Translations under genes and position numbers: made by a program
Part shown: positions 40,438 to 50,745 of the stretch, in pieces
How positions within the stretch are numbered: position 1 is the stretch's first letter
How the letters are laid out: each line of letters starts with the position of its first letter
Notes under the pieces: model-generated
What the model was told of the DNA's origin: nothing
Databases searched by the model: none
Seen by the model: only the letters and a program-made list of their open reading frames with translations
Assembly (NCBI GenBank): GCA_964406475.1
Contig: CAYORS010000001.1
Location: 35,881 to 99,880, forward strand
Reading direction: 5' to 3'
Length of the DNA stretch: 64,000 nucleotides
Origin: an uncultured Candidatus Saccharibacteria bacterium
GTDB lineage: Bacteria; Patescibacteriota; Minisyncoccia; Phycocordibacterales; CAIRYW01

Positions 40438-41421
40438 TTATATCTTTAGATGTGTATAAGCTTTTTCTGTTGCCACTCTGCCTCGCGATGTTCTTTCTAT
40501 AAGACCCAACTGAAGAAGGTACGGCTCGTTGAATTCTTCAATCGTTGCTTCATCTTCTGAAAGCGAAGCAGCGATGGTGCCAAGCCCCACAGGCCCACCC
40601 TTAAACTTTTCAATAATAGTATGAAGTATTTTGATATCTTGTTCTGTAAGTCCCAATGCATCGATACCTAAAAGCACCAAAGCCGCATCAACGGTTTTGT
40701 CATCGATAACACTTTTATGTACTTGTGCATAATCGCGAACTCGTTTCAAAAGGTAGTTTGCTGTTCGGGGTGTGCTACGGCTTCTTCGTGCTATTTCTTT
40801 GATTCCGTTTTCTGTAATGCTAACGTTGAGAATTTTGGCTGACCTTTCAACTATCTGTGCGATTTCTTTTTCATTATAAAACTCGAGTCGATATACTCCT
40901 CCTGAAAATCGAGAACGAAGAGGGGATGATATCATTGCAATTCGTGTTGTTGCTGCAATAAGAGTAAACGGAGGAAGATCAAGCTGTATTGTACGTGCAG
41001 AAGGACCCTTGCCAATAATAATATCAAGCACCCCTGACTCCATTGCAGGATATAATACCTCCTCAATATTTTTGTTCAATCGATGTATTTCATCAATAAA
41101 CAATATATCACCAGAAGAAAGATTGGTAAGAAGAGATGCAAGGTCACCCACTTTTTCTATCGCAGGACCTGATGTGATTTTCATTTGAGAACCTTGTTCG
41201 TGTGCAATAAGGTGTGCAAGTGTGGTCTTACCAAGACCTGGAGGACCATAAAAAAGAATATGCTCAGGAATATGGTTTCGCTCTTTTGCGGCCTTAAGAA
41301 GTATGTGCAGATTTTTTTTGATTGGATCTTGTCCTATGTATTCATCCCATGAAGAGGGTCGAAGAGCCTGATCAAGAACCTTTTCTTCAGAATTTTGTTT
41401 TAGGTTTTTTTCTTCTGACAT
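40438..41421 (-). CDS. ruvB: Holliday junction helicase RuvB
   Basis: LRP, YIGQ, GPPGLGKTTLA and FIDEIHR motifs. Confidence 0.97.
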   Translation of the reverse strand: MSEEKNLKQNSEEKVLDQALRPSSWDEYIGQDPIKKNLHILLKAAKERNHIPEHILFYGPPGLGKTTLAHLIAHEQGSQMKITSGPAIEKVGDLASLLTNLSSGDILFIDEIHRLNKNIEEVLYPAMESGVLDIIIGKGPSARTIQLDLPPFTLIAATTRIAMISSPLRSRFSGGVYRLEFYNEKEIAQIVERSAKILNVSITENGIKEIARRSRSTPRTANYLLKRVRDYAQVHKSVIDDKTVDAALVLLGIDALGLTEQDIKILHTIIEKFKGGPVGLGTIAASLSEDEATIEEFNEPYLLQLGLIERTSRGRVATEKAYTHLKI

Positions 41422-41841
41422 ATAGATACAGTATAAGGTAATTTAGGTCTCAAATCCAACCATCAAAAATGAATTTTTGAAGCACTTGACAATAAAATCA
41501 GAATATGCTAATATTACATTACTTCGGATAAGAATGCTCTCAATAAAGTAAAAAATCGAATTCACACACATTTCTTTTGTGTGAGTGCTCGACGCTATAA
41601 ATCTCTAAGCAATGGGACAATTTATTGTCTTTTGATATTGTTTAAAGGACGTTTTGGTGTGCCTAGTCAATTTCTGAAACTATCCTTAAAACCCTATCTT
41701 ACTTTTTGGCTAGTACTAAAAGTATTGCTCAGAGATTTATATAGTCGAACGAACTATCGTAAGTATACTCAAAGGATTATTTTTGTAATCTTTACTCCGA
41801 ATCAAATATAAGGTCTATTTTTAGGCTTTATATTTTTGTTT

Positions 41842-43545
41842 TTAGCTCACAAATTCTTCAGATTCTGGGGTTATATCAACCACACGTTCGAGTTCTTCTA
41901 TTGTACTTATACCATTGAGAACTTGTTTTATTCCGTCTTCTGCAAGGTTTAGAATATGTTGATGTTCTGCCGCTTTTGCTATTTCACGATCACTTGGGTT
42001 TTCATACACGATTTGTGCTATGGCATGGTCAATGATGATTGCTTCATACAAAGCAACTCGTCCTTTGTATCCTGTGTGGTTACAAAGATCACACCCTTCT
42101 TCTTTGGCTACAAAAACTTCTTGGTCTTGGAGTACATCTTCTCCTTTTGCACGAATGTGTGCAAGGTGGTATGACAAGGCTGCTTTTTTGCCTTCAGGGA
42201 TAGACGCCTTGGTTGCACATGCGGTGCATACTTTTCTGATAAGTCGCTGCGCAATAGAAACACTGAGGCCCGATGTGATGATTTTTGGATTAATACCAAG
42301 ATCAATAAGACGAGTAAATGCACCCGCTGCATTATTGGTGTGAAGGGTTGAAAATACAAGGTGTCCTGTGAGGGATGCGTGCATTGCGATCTCTGCTGTT
42401 TCTGCATCTCGGATCTCACCCACAAGGATAACGTCTGGGTCTTGTCGAAGTGTCGAACGAAGTCCTGATGCGAATGTATAACCTTTTTCTGATTCTACTT
42501 GTGTTTGGACAATCCCATTAAGGTGATACTCGATAGGGTCTTCAATTGTGATGACTTTAACACCAGGTTCGTATACCTTTTTAAGAAAGGCATAGAGTGT
42601 TGTGGTCTTTCCACTTCCTGTTGGTCCTGTTGTGAGAATGAGTCCACTTGGTTTTGCCATTTGATCAGCAAAAATTTTCATAAGTTTTGGAGGAATACCA
42701 AGTTCTTCAAACGGGGTTGCAATAGAATCTGGATTCAAAATTCTCATTACCACTGATTCTCCGTATGCACCTGGAAGAATAGATGTACGGATTTCGATTT
42801 CTTTGCCTTCGATTTTTACACTAAAACGACCATCCTGAGCGTTCTGTTTGATATTCAATTTGAGATTTGAAAGCAGCTTGAGTCGTGATAGTACAAGTCC
42901 GTATGTTTCGTTATCAAAATTGATAATATCCACAAGCACGCCATCAAGACGATAACGAAGTCGCGTAATTGTTTCTTCTGGTTCAATGTGAATATCAGAT
43001 GCTTTGAGGGCAATAGCACCCGCCATCATAATGCCGATGATTTTTGATATACGATAGACACGCTTTACGGCGATTGTGTCATCGACAAGATTTTGAATAT
43101 CGGGAATGTTTTTTACTTTTCCGATGAGATCTTGTATTTCATCACTCGAAATATCTAAAGATCCGGCCTTTGTTGCCATTGCAAAAGACAGATCTTTGTA
43201 GCGTCCCCACGCCTTTTCGAGGCTTGCAAGAGACACCATATAGACATTCACTTTGTAATTTTTTTCTTCGAGCTCTTTTACTACTTGCTTTACTTCATCT
43301 ATTTGAGGTGTTTGAACTGCAAGAGAAAGTATTTTGCCCACCATTTTAAAAAGAGCAACACGTGCTGCACGTGCTTTGTCCTCTGGAATGAGACGGAGAG
43401 CGTCAGTGTTTATAGTAATACCAGAGAGGTCTGCATACTCTACTCCGTATTTGTGCGAGAGTACCTTGGCAAGATCCTCCTCCTCTTTTTTGCGAAGAGA
43501 TTCAAGTTGTTGGTTTTGTTTGTCTTCGTTGAATTGTACTGTCAT
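41842..43545 (-). CDS. pilB: GspE/PilB type IV pilus assembly ATPase
   Basis: ASDIHIEP, GPTGSGKTTT, TIEDPIEY, LRQDPDVILVGEIRD and CxxC motifs. Confidence 0.92.
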   Translation of the reverse strand: MTVQFNEDKQNQQLESLRKKEEEDLAKVLSHKYGVEYADLSGITINTDALRLIPEDKARAARVALFKMVGKILSLAVQTPQIDEVKQVVKELEEKNYKVNVYMVSLASLEKAWGRYKDLSFAMATKAGSLDISSDEIQDLIGKVKNIPDIQNLVDDTIAVKRVYRISKIIGIMMAGAIALKASDIHIEPEETITRLRYRLDGVLVDIINFDNETYGLVLSRLKLLSNLKLNIKQNAQDGRFSVKIEGKEIEIRTSILPGAYGESVVMRILNPDSIATPFEELGIPPKLMKIFADQMAKPSGLILTTGPTGSGKTTTLYAFLKKVYEPGVKVITIEDPIEYHLNGIVQTQVESEKGYTFASGLRSTLRQDPDVILVGEIRDAETAEIAMHASLTGHLVFSTLHTNNAAGAFTRLIDLGINPKIITSGLSVSIAQRLIRKVCTACATKASIPEGKKAALSYHLAHIRAKGEDVLQDQEVFVAKEEGCDLCNHTGYKGRVALYEAIIIDHAIAQIVYENPSDREIAKAAEHQHILNLAEDGIKQVLNGISTIEELERVVDITPESEEFVS

Positions 43546-43627
43546 AGGTATAGTATAAATGACAAAACAAAAAGTAGAAAGAGTGCACATTCTTTGCACT
43601 TTATTGTTTTTGTCTTATACTTCGCCT

Positions 43628-44071
43628 ATGGAAATAATACTTTCACATCTTGACGAGACAAAGGTGTTTGCGAGAACGATTATAGAAGAACTCAAAAAAA
43701 AGAAAAATCAGAATGGCGCAACACTTCTTTTGCTTTATGGTGATGTGGGTGCTGGGAAGACAACGTTGGTGCAGTTTATGGGCCAGTATCTTGGAATACA
43801 CACATCAATGCAAAGCCCTACGTTTGTTATTCAAAAAAACTACAAAACCAAAGATTTTGATTTTAAAAATTTTGTGCATATTGATGCATATCGCATAGAA
43901 AATCCAGAAGAACTCAAAAAAATAAAAATTAAAGAGACTCTTGCAGAAAAAGATACACTTGTTGTTGTCGAGTGGCCAAAACAAGGGGGGGATGTTTTTG
44001 CGAAGCCACATCTCGAACTTTTTTTGAAATTTGTGGATGAAAACAGGAGGAAAGTAAGAATGGTAAAATAA
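43628..44071 (+). CDS. tsaE: tRNA t6A biosynthesis ATPase TsaE
   Basis: GDVGAGKTT, QSPTF, HIDAYRI and VEW motifs. Confidence 0.94.
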   Translation: MEIILSHLDETKVFARTIIEELKKKKNQNGATLLLLYGDVGAGKTTLVQFMGQYLGIHTSMQSPTFVIQKNYKTKDFDFKNFVHIDAYRIENPEELKKIKIKETLAEKDTLVVVEWPKQGGDVFAKPHLELFLKFVDENRRKVRMVK

Positions 44072-44125
44072 AAATCACTCCAAACGACCATTTTTTATTA
44101 GGTTTTTAAATGCTAAAATACATAT

Positions 44126-46501
44126 ATGCCTCAAAATCCTAAAAAAACCCTCGTTCTTCTTGATACTCATGCGATTATTCATCGTGCGTATCATGCGCTT
44201 CCAGACTTTGCTTCAAGCAAGGGAGAGCCGACAGGTGCACTCTACGGACTTTGTCTTATGCTTTTTCGAATCATAGATGACTTTCATCCTGATTATATTG
44301 TTGCAACGTTTGATCTACCTAAGCCCACATATCGTCATGAAGCATATGAGGGCTACAAAGCGGGTCGTAAGAAAACCGATGATGCGCTCGTTCTCCAGCT
44401 TAAAAAAGCACACGAAGTATTCGAAGCTTTTAATATTCCTATGTATTCCAAGGAGGGGTTTGAAGCGGATGATATGTTGGGGACAATAGTCGAAGAGACC
44501 AAAACAATCAAAGGCCTCCACATTATCATTGCTTCAGGGGATATGGACACAATGCAACTTGTCGACAATGAGCATATCCAGGTTTTTACTTTGCGCAAAG
44601 GGGTAAAAGACACCATTCTCTATGGTGAAAAAGAAATATTCGAGCGATTTGGCTTTCGTCCTGCTCAGCTCACAGACTACAAAGGTCTTCGAGGGGATAC
44701 GTCAGACAATATTATAGGTATAAAGGGTATAGGGGAGAAAACAGCAACAACTCTCATTCAAGAATTCGGCACTATAGAAAATATGTATGAAGAGATAGAA
44801 AAAGGGAACAAAGAACGATTCAAAAAAATAGGTGTGACAGACAGAATCTATAATCTTATTGCAGACAATAAAGATGAAGCACTTTTTTCAAAAATGCTTG
44901 CAACAATTAGGAGAGATGCTCCTATTGATTTTGTTTTTCCAACACGATCTTTTCAAGAAAACCTTGAACCACTCAAAGTCAAAAAACTTTTAAGCGAACT
45001 CGAGTTTCGTAGTCTCATTGCAAAAGTGGATACATTAAGCGGTAGTGTGGTAATAGATGAAGATGTGATTTCAAAAACACCACCACACAGCGATTTTAAT
45101 GTGAGTGAAGAAGATATAGAAAAATACAAAATTGCCACATTTGTTCTCAATTCACAAATCTCAAATCCAGAGATATCAGATATTCTTGCATATTCACTTC
45201 ACAGTGACATACACGATGCAATGCAGAATATCGACAAAGAGATTACAAAACAAAATCTCGACACAGTTCTTTGTGATATTGAAATACCCCTCATTCCAAT
45301 TATCAAACGAATGCATAATGTGGGTATTGCGATAGATAAAGGTTATATGATGAGACTTTCAAAAGAGTATCACAATAATCTCAATACAATCGATCAAAAG
45401 ATTTATGGACTTGTTGGTAAGGAGTTCAATATTGATTCACCAAAACAGCTCGGTGTTATACTTTTTGATGACCTTAAACTTGTGGGTAAGAATATGAAAA
45501 AAACAGCCGGAGGTGCCAAATCAACAAAAGAAAGTGAACTTGAAAAACTCAAAGACTTGCATCCGGTTGTGCCTCTTATTATGGAACATAGAGAACTTTC
45601 AAAACTCCTCAGTACTTATATTGATGTTATCCCTACACTTCTTGATGATAAAGAACGCCTACATCCCACATTTATTCAAACAGGAGCAGCAACAGGGAGA
45701 ATGGCAAGCAAAGATCCTGGGGTTCAAAATATTCCTGTGAAAACTGAGATGGGGCGAGCAATACGTAATGGATTTGTTGCAGAAAAAGGATATAAGCTTT
45801 GCGCCTTTGACTATTCACAGATTGAGCTCCGTATTGCAGCAATACTTTCAGGTGATACGAAACTTCAGGGTGTTTTCAAAACAGGAGAAGATGCTCATGC
45901 AGGTGTGGCATCTCAGGTTTTTGGTGTGCCATTAGATGAAGTCACCAAGGATATGCGACGTAAGGCGAAGGCGATTAATTTTGGGATTCTTTATGGTATG
46001 GGTGTCAATGCATTGAAGCAAAATCTTGGAAGTACTCGTGAAGAAGCGCAGAAGTTTTATGATGATTATTTTAAAACATTTGCTACTTTGGCAGAGTATC
46101 TCGAGAATACCAAAAAAGACGCGGCAAAAAATGGTTTTGTAACAACAATGTATGGCAGGCGGAGGTACTTTGAAGGCATCAAATCAAAACTTCCATTTAT
46201 CCGTGCTGCGGCTGAGCGTATGGCTATTAATGCACCAATACAGGGGACTCAGGCAGATATTATGAAGATAGCAATGAGACAAATTGATGATGAAATTAAA
46301 AAAGAGGATGCTTACCATAACGTGAGACTACTTCTACAGATTCATGATGAGCTTATCTATGAAATCAAGGAAGGTGAAGTAGAGAAGTGGAGTCAAAAAA
46401 TAAAATCAATAATGGAATCTGTTTTAGATAAAGAAAAAACAAAAGGTGTGCCTATTATTGTAAATGCTTCAAGCGGAGAGAATTGGGGAGAGATGAAGTA
46501 A
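44126..46501 (+). CDS. polA: DNA polymerase I (5'-3' exonuclease plus polymerase; proofreading domain reduced)
   Basis: RAYHA, EADD, GDTSDNI, DYSQIELR, KAINFG and LQIHDEL motifs; only 791 aa. Confidence 0.96.
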   Translation: MPQNPKKTLVLLDTHAIIHRAYHALPDFASSKGEPTGALYGLCLMLFRIIDDFHPDYIVATFDLPKPTYRHEAYEGYKAGRKKTDDALVLQLKKAHEVFEAFNIPMYSKEGFEADDMLGTIVEETKTIKGLHIIIASGDMDTMQLVDNEHIQVFTLRKGVKDTILYGEKEIFERFGFRPAQLTDYKGLRGDTSDNIIGIKGIGEKTATTLIQEFGTIENMYEEIEKGNKERFKKIGVTDRIYNLIADNKDEALFSKMLATIRRDAPIDFVFPTRSFQENLEPLKVKKLLSELEFRSLIAKVDTLSGSVVIDEDVISKTPPHSDFNVSEEDIEKYKIATFVLNSQISNPEISDILAYSLHSDIHDAMQNIDKEITKQNLDTVLCDIEIPLIPIIKRMHNVGIAIDKGYMMRLSKEYHNNLNTIDQKIYGLVGKEFNIDSPKQLGVILFDDLKLVGKNMKKTAGGAKSTKESELEKLKDLHPVVPLIMEHRELSKLLSTYIDVIPTLLDDKERLHPTFIQTGAATGRMASKDPGVQNIPVKTEMGRAIRNGFVAEKGYKLCAFDYSQIELRIAAILSGDTKLQGVFKTGEDAHAGVASQVFGVPLDEVTKDMRRKAKAINFGILYGMGVNALKQNLGSTREEAQKFYDDYFKTFATLAEYLENTKKDAAKNGFVTTMYGRRRYFEGIKSKLPFIRAAAERMAINAPIQGTQADIMKIAMRQIDDEIKKEDAYHNVRLLLQIHDELIYEIKEGEVEKWSQKIKSIMESVLDKEKTKGVPIIVNASSGENWGEMK

Positions 46502-46582
46502 GAATACACTAGCACTATTGATTTTATTGCTGAATTATGGTTTTATTACTTTGATAAAGCTCATTCAATCCTCAACCAATCC

Positions 46583-47065
46583 TTGCATATGATAATCAGT
46601 GTCAACCGTGCACTTGTAGCCCCGTATCCAAAATGGGTAACAGCATTCCGTGAACCAGAACTTCAACATCTAGGACCTGCGAAGTTTGATCCTCAGAAGT
46701 TGGAAAAAATGTCCTGTGCTAATCCACAAGATCTGCACTATATCTCGGATGTCTATAAACATCTAAACCAAAATGGTCTTCTTGCTCGATGTCTAACACT
46801 GCTTGATGGGCAGGCAATTATTGATCAGATGAGATTGGTGGATTTCCAGGCCACTTTTCAAGAGTGTGTTGATCTTTTTGATCGTCGCAGAATCTATCTT
46901 TTTGGCTCGGCCGTTTCTGCCTCAAATGGTCAAGGATATTTCTTACCGTTTGTTGATGGTTCTACTGATGCACCAAATCTTACACTTAACTGGACTCAGT
47001 TTGGTGAGTTTGGTGATACGCCCGCTTCTTGGGTTTTACCTTGCATCCGCCTTCATGCAGCCTAA
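46583..47065 (+). CDS. Hypothetical protein (accessory)
   Basis: 160-aa ORF between polA and holA. Confidence 0.6.
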   Translation: MHMIISVNRALVAPYPKWVTAFREPELQHLGPAKFDPQKLEKMSCANPQDLHYISDVYKHLNQNGLLARCLTLLDGQAIIDQMRLVDFQATFQECVDLFDRRRIYLFGSAVSASNGQGYFLPFVDGSTDAPNLTLNWTQFGEFGDTPASWVLPCIRLHAA

Positions 47066-47144
47066 CCCATTCCTCACATAAACTATGTTTGTGTGAGTTT
47101 TTTATTTACTTTCTCCTTTTCTCATTCTCATTTATACTTATCCT

Positions 47145-47861
47145 ATGATTTATTTTTACTACGGCACTGACCGAGAAAAAATCCAAAAAACAACAAAGGC
47201 AACTTTTGAAGCACTTCAAAAAAAGAAGCCAGATGCTTCTTTTGTGTCTTTTGACGGTGAGACTGTGACAGAGGATCTACTCCAAGAGATAACCTCATCT
47301 CAAGGGCTTTTTGAACGAAAGGTTGTAGCAAAGATTGCAGATGTGCTCGAAAATAAAGATAAGGGTGAGCTTATTTTGAAATTTCTCAAAGAGATGAAAG
47401 AGACAGACAATATAATTGTCTGGTCTGAAGGTGACGTCAACAAAGCTGCACTTGATAAGATAAAAAAATATGCAGAAAAGGTAGAAGAGTTTGGTACAAA
47501 ACAAAAAGCAGAAAAAAACTTTCCACGCATTTTTAAAATGACCGATGCGCTAGGGGAGAGAGATAGGAAGAAAGCATGGATGCTTTTTATGGAAGAGATA
47601 AACATAGGTACAGCAGCAGAAGAAATACACGGTACGCTCTTTTGGCAAATCAAATCGATTCTTATCACCCAAAAAACAAAGACCCCAAGCGAGTCAGGAC
47701 TCAATCCTTATGTCTACAGCAAAGCAAAAAGTTTTGCCAAAAAATGGAGCGAAAAAGAGCTCTATAGCGCACTTGAAAAGCTTGTTGATATGTATCATAA
47801 GGCACATAGAGGCGAGATAGATTTTGCGACAGAGCTCGAGGTGTTTGTTCTCAAGGTGTGA
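47145..47861 (+). CDS. holA: DNA polymerase III delta subunit-like protein
   Basis: MIYFYYG start, GLF motif, IFKMTDAL and NPYVYSKA C-terminal pattern. Confidence 0.75.
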   Translation: MIYFYYGTDREKIQKTTKATFEALQKKKPDASFVSFDGETVTEDLLQEITSSQGLFERKVVAKIADVLENKDKGELILKFLKEMKETDNIIVWSEGDVNKAALDKIKKYAEKVEEFGTKQKAEKNFPRIFKMTDALGERDRKKAWMLFMEEINIGTAAEEIHGTLFWQIKSILITQKTKTPSESGLNPYVYSKAKSFAKKWSEKELYSALEKLVDMYHKAHRGEIDFATELEVFVLKV

Positions 47862-47939
47862 TTGAGAGAAATAAAAAAGACTAATCCGTGAGGATTAGTC
47901 TGCGAAAAATTCCCTTTACCTTATATATTTGGTCTTTCG

Positions 47940-48245
47940 TTATTTATGTTTCGTGTGGGGAAAGTTACAGTCCATGTATATAAGACCAAAGAATGCGGTA
48001 ATCATCACAAAGAACATGAAAGGGAGTAGAAAAAATACTCCCATTGTCATTGGTCTTGTAGTGATGGACACTACGATTGCAAGAATGCTTGTAACGAATA
48101 TGCACGCATTAAAGAAAAAGATGATAATCTGTTTTCCTGCGTGGCAGGTGTATGTCTTGTATGGCATTTGGGCCACACTGATTATTCCTTCGATTACTTC
48201 TTCAAACCAAAGGTAGACAAGGATGATAAGGTGCAATAGTTTCAT
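47940..48245 (-). CDS. Small hypothetical membrane protein
   Basis: Hydrophobic 101-aa ORF ending near a hairpin at about 47877-47901. Confidence 0.45.
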   Translation of the reverse strand: MKLLHLIILVYLWFEEVIEGIISVAQMPYKTYTCHAGKQIIIFFFNACIFVTSILAIVVSITTRPMTMGVFFLLPFMFFVMITAFFGLIYMDCNFPHTKHK

Positions 48246-48320
48246 AACTAAGGATATATTACTTAGTTTTTTGTAAAAGTAAATTAATTCCCAGGAGTCG
48301 AACTTCTGGGGTGGGGGGAC

Positions 48321-48756
48321 AGTAGGATGTCGATCATTACATGACCAGTACGCCTTTCGGCTAAAATTTTCTTGAAATCAATTTAAGGCTCAAAAGTTTT
48401 TCGATTCGCAAATACAATTAATAGGATCGCGAGTACGCTTATCGACCCTTACAGGGTGGGGTATATTGGTGCACTTTGTGGTCACGAATATTTTGCTTAT
48501 TGTCTCTTGCTTGGGCGCAGGGTGTGGTCACACATAAATTTCTACTGAAATTTTGCGATTCAATTAGTAGGACCGCGAGTACGCTTATCGCCCTCGACTA
48601 AATTCTGCTACCCGCAGAATTTGTCTGGGCACCAGCTCGTCTGTTTCTGAAGCTTCAGAAACATGACTTCGCTGTTCGATTCCTACACGCAGGCAAAATT
48701 GTTTGCCTGCTTGGGCGCACCAAAAATAAAACACCCGTTTGAGGGTGTTTTATTTT
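48321..48756 (-). repeat. Structured 3' trailer of tRNA-Lys (antisense end, module B, degraded module A copies)
   Basis: Acceptor copy at 48712-48722, inserted hairpin 48687-48711, T-arm copy 48674-48686; module sequences shared with 338-587 and 53346-53389. Confidence 0.8.
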
Positions 48757-48832
48757 TGGTGCGCCCAGTAGGAATCGAACCTACGACCCTCTCCTTAAAA
48801 GGGAGCTGCTCTACCGACTGAGCTATGGGCGC
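48757..48832 (-). tRNA. tRNA-Lys(TTT)
   Basis: Reverse complement GCGCCCATAGCTCAGTCGGTAGAGCAGCTCC-CTTTTAA-GGAGAGGGTCGTAGGTTCGATTCCTACTGGGCGCACCA. Confidence 0.96.
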
Positions 48833-48886
48833 AAAATATTTGTTATGCAAATATAAATGAAAATATATCAAAAAATTAGAAAAAGT

Positions 48887-49291
48887 CTAGATGCCTTTGA
48901 GTTGGAGATCAAAACCAAAGTACCCAGATCCAAGAAAGAAAAGGCATACAAGAAGCAAAAGAAGAAAGAAATCTCGTTCTTTCAGTTCCTTTTTTTCATA
49001 AAAACCTATAATAATTATGCACATAAAAAGTATTGTCCATATAAAAGCAATCATTTGAGTGAGTATTCCCATAAGAAGCATAGTACCCGACAAGAGCTCT
49101 CCGATACAAAAAACATAAGCAAAAAGTGTGTAGGGTTTGAGATTGGTTTTTGTAAAAAAAGAGCACACCCTCATCCATTCTTCTGTGATGTGTTTGTATC
49201 CAAAATAAAAAAGATATACACCTACGGTGGTCCGGATAAGGAACGGTGCCATTTGACTTACTTCTCCTATGTATGGGAATATGTTTTGCAT
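48887..49291 (-). CDS. DoxX-family membrane protein
   Basis: LIR..VG..FLF.G..H and ELLSG.MLL.GILTQ; four transmembrane helices. Confidence 0.75.
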   Translation of the reverse strand: MQNIFPYIGEVSQMAPFLIRTTVGVYLFYFGYKHITEEWMRVCSFFTKTNLKPYTLFAYVFCIGELLSGTMLLMGILTQMIAFIWTILFMCIIIIGFYEKKELKERDFFLLLLLVCLFFLGSGYFGFDLQLKGI

Positions 49292-49313
49292 ATAAAGACA
49301 TATTACACATACA

Positions 49314-49796
49314 ATGACCAAAGGCAAGACAAATTTTTTTGTTATTCTCGATAATATACGAAGTAAGCAAAACGTCGGATCGATATTTCGGACGGCAGAG
49401 TGTGTGGGGATTTCTAAAATCTTTCTTTGTGGAACCACTCCAATACCGATTGATAAGTTTGGGCGAGAGGTGTCTGAGATTGCCAAAACTGCTCTCGGAG
49501 CAGAAAAGACAGTCGCTTGGGAATATGTGAAAAGTACAGCAAAAGCAATCAAAATTCTCAAAAAATATGCATATCATATTATTGCAATCGAACAAGCGAA
49601 AAATGCGATAGATTACAAAAAAATTAAAATCACAAAAGACACAGCTTTTGTTTTGGGTAATGAAGTGGAGGGTGTGGAGAAGAATGTTTTAAAATTGTGT
49701 GATGTTATTGCAGAGATACCAATGCAAGGACAGAAAGAATCTTTGAATGTTTCTGTGGCAACAGGTGTTGCACTTTTTCGGATGTTGAATGTTTGA
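49314..49796 (+). CDS. TrmH/SpoU-family RNA methyltransferase
   Basis: LDNIRSKQNVGSIFRTA, GNEVEG and IPMQGQKESLNVSVA motifs. Confidence 0.93.
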   Translation: MTKGKTNFFVILDNIRSKQNVGSIFRTAECVGISKIFLCGTTPIPIDKFGREVSEIAKTALGAEKTVAWEYVKSTAKAIKILKKYAYHIIAIEQAKNAIDYKKIKITKDTAFVLGNEVEGVEKNVLKLCDVIAEIPMQGQKESLNVSVATGVALFRMLNV

Positions 49797-49797
49797 A

Positions 49798-50517
49798 TTA
49801 TTTATTCATTTGAAGATCATTCAGAAAATGTTGAAGATCTTCTCCTGTGATTCTTCTGATGCCATTTTCTTTAAGGTTACCTAGTTCTATATTCATTATG
49901 CGCACACGCATAAGATCGGTAACTTCATTGCGGAGTGCTTCTACCATACGTCTAATCTGTCTTTTTTTGCCTTCTGTAATCACAAGAGAAAACTTTTTTT
50001 GCCCAAGTATTTTTGCAAGACAGGGTTTTGTGGTATATGTTTTTTTGCTGTAATCTTCTTTAATAGTCACACCTTTTTCGATTGAGCGGATGAATTTTTC
50101 ATCGATTTTGAGTTTTGTTTGAACGATATATTCTTTCTCGTGATTTTCTTCCGGGTTCAAAAGTTGCTTGGTGATACGTCCGTCATTGGTCAGGATAATG
50201 AGTCCGTGTGAATCCTTGTCGAGTCGTCCAATAGGGAAGACCTTTGCACCATCGGTACGACCTTTGACCATTTTTTGGATATCAAAATCGCTGCCTTTGG
50301 CAGAGTGGGAGAGTACATCTTTGGGTTTGTTGTAGGCAAAATAAAGCGTCCCAATATCGTTTTTATCTTTTTTGACTGTGATCGTATCTGCTTCACATAC
50401 ACTATCACCCAAAACAGCAATACGGCCATTAATGAGCACACGTTTTGCTTTAATCATTTCATCTGCTTTACGGCGAGATGCGATGTTTTTGTCGGCAAGG
50501 TATTTGTTGATTCTCAT
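49798..50517 (-). CDS. RsuA/RluB/RluF-family pseudouridine synthase
   Basis: S4 domain MRINKYLA..SRRKAD, GRLDKDSHGL and EGKKRQIRRM. Confidence 0.94.
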   Translation of the reverse strand: MRINKYLADKNIASRRKADEMIKAKRVLINGRIAVLGDSVCEADTITVKKDKNDIGTLYFAYNKPKDVLSHSAKGSDFDIQKMVKGRTDGAKVFPIGRLDKDSHGLIILTNDGRITKQLLNPEENHEKEYIVQTKLKIDEKFIRSIEKGVTIKEDYSKKTYTTKPCLAKILGQKKFSLVITEGKKRQIRRMVEALRNEVTDLMRVRIMNIELGNLKENGIRRITGEDLQHFLNDLQMNK

Positions 50518-50745
50518 AAATCTAAATATACCACAGACTTGATTTTTGGATAGAAGAAGAGTAGATTGTGTGATGGTTATCAAGCCAATTAATTATGCGC
50601 CTTCCAAAGTATGTTTACCAATCTCGTATCAACATGATGACAACAGGATACCTCAATCGTCGTTTACCACACTCCTTTATGTTTCCACGTTGGTGATCTA
50701 CAATTAGCACTTTCTTAAAACTACCCTTTATTTCGGGTAGCTTTT

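Noticed and set aside
48996-49595. Overlapping ORFs of 160-224 aa around doxX and the TrmH-family gene
   Set aside because: Explained by the divergent doxX (start 49291) and TrmH-family gene (start 49314)
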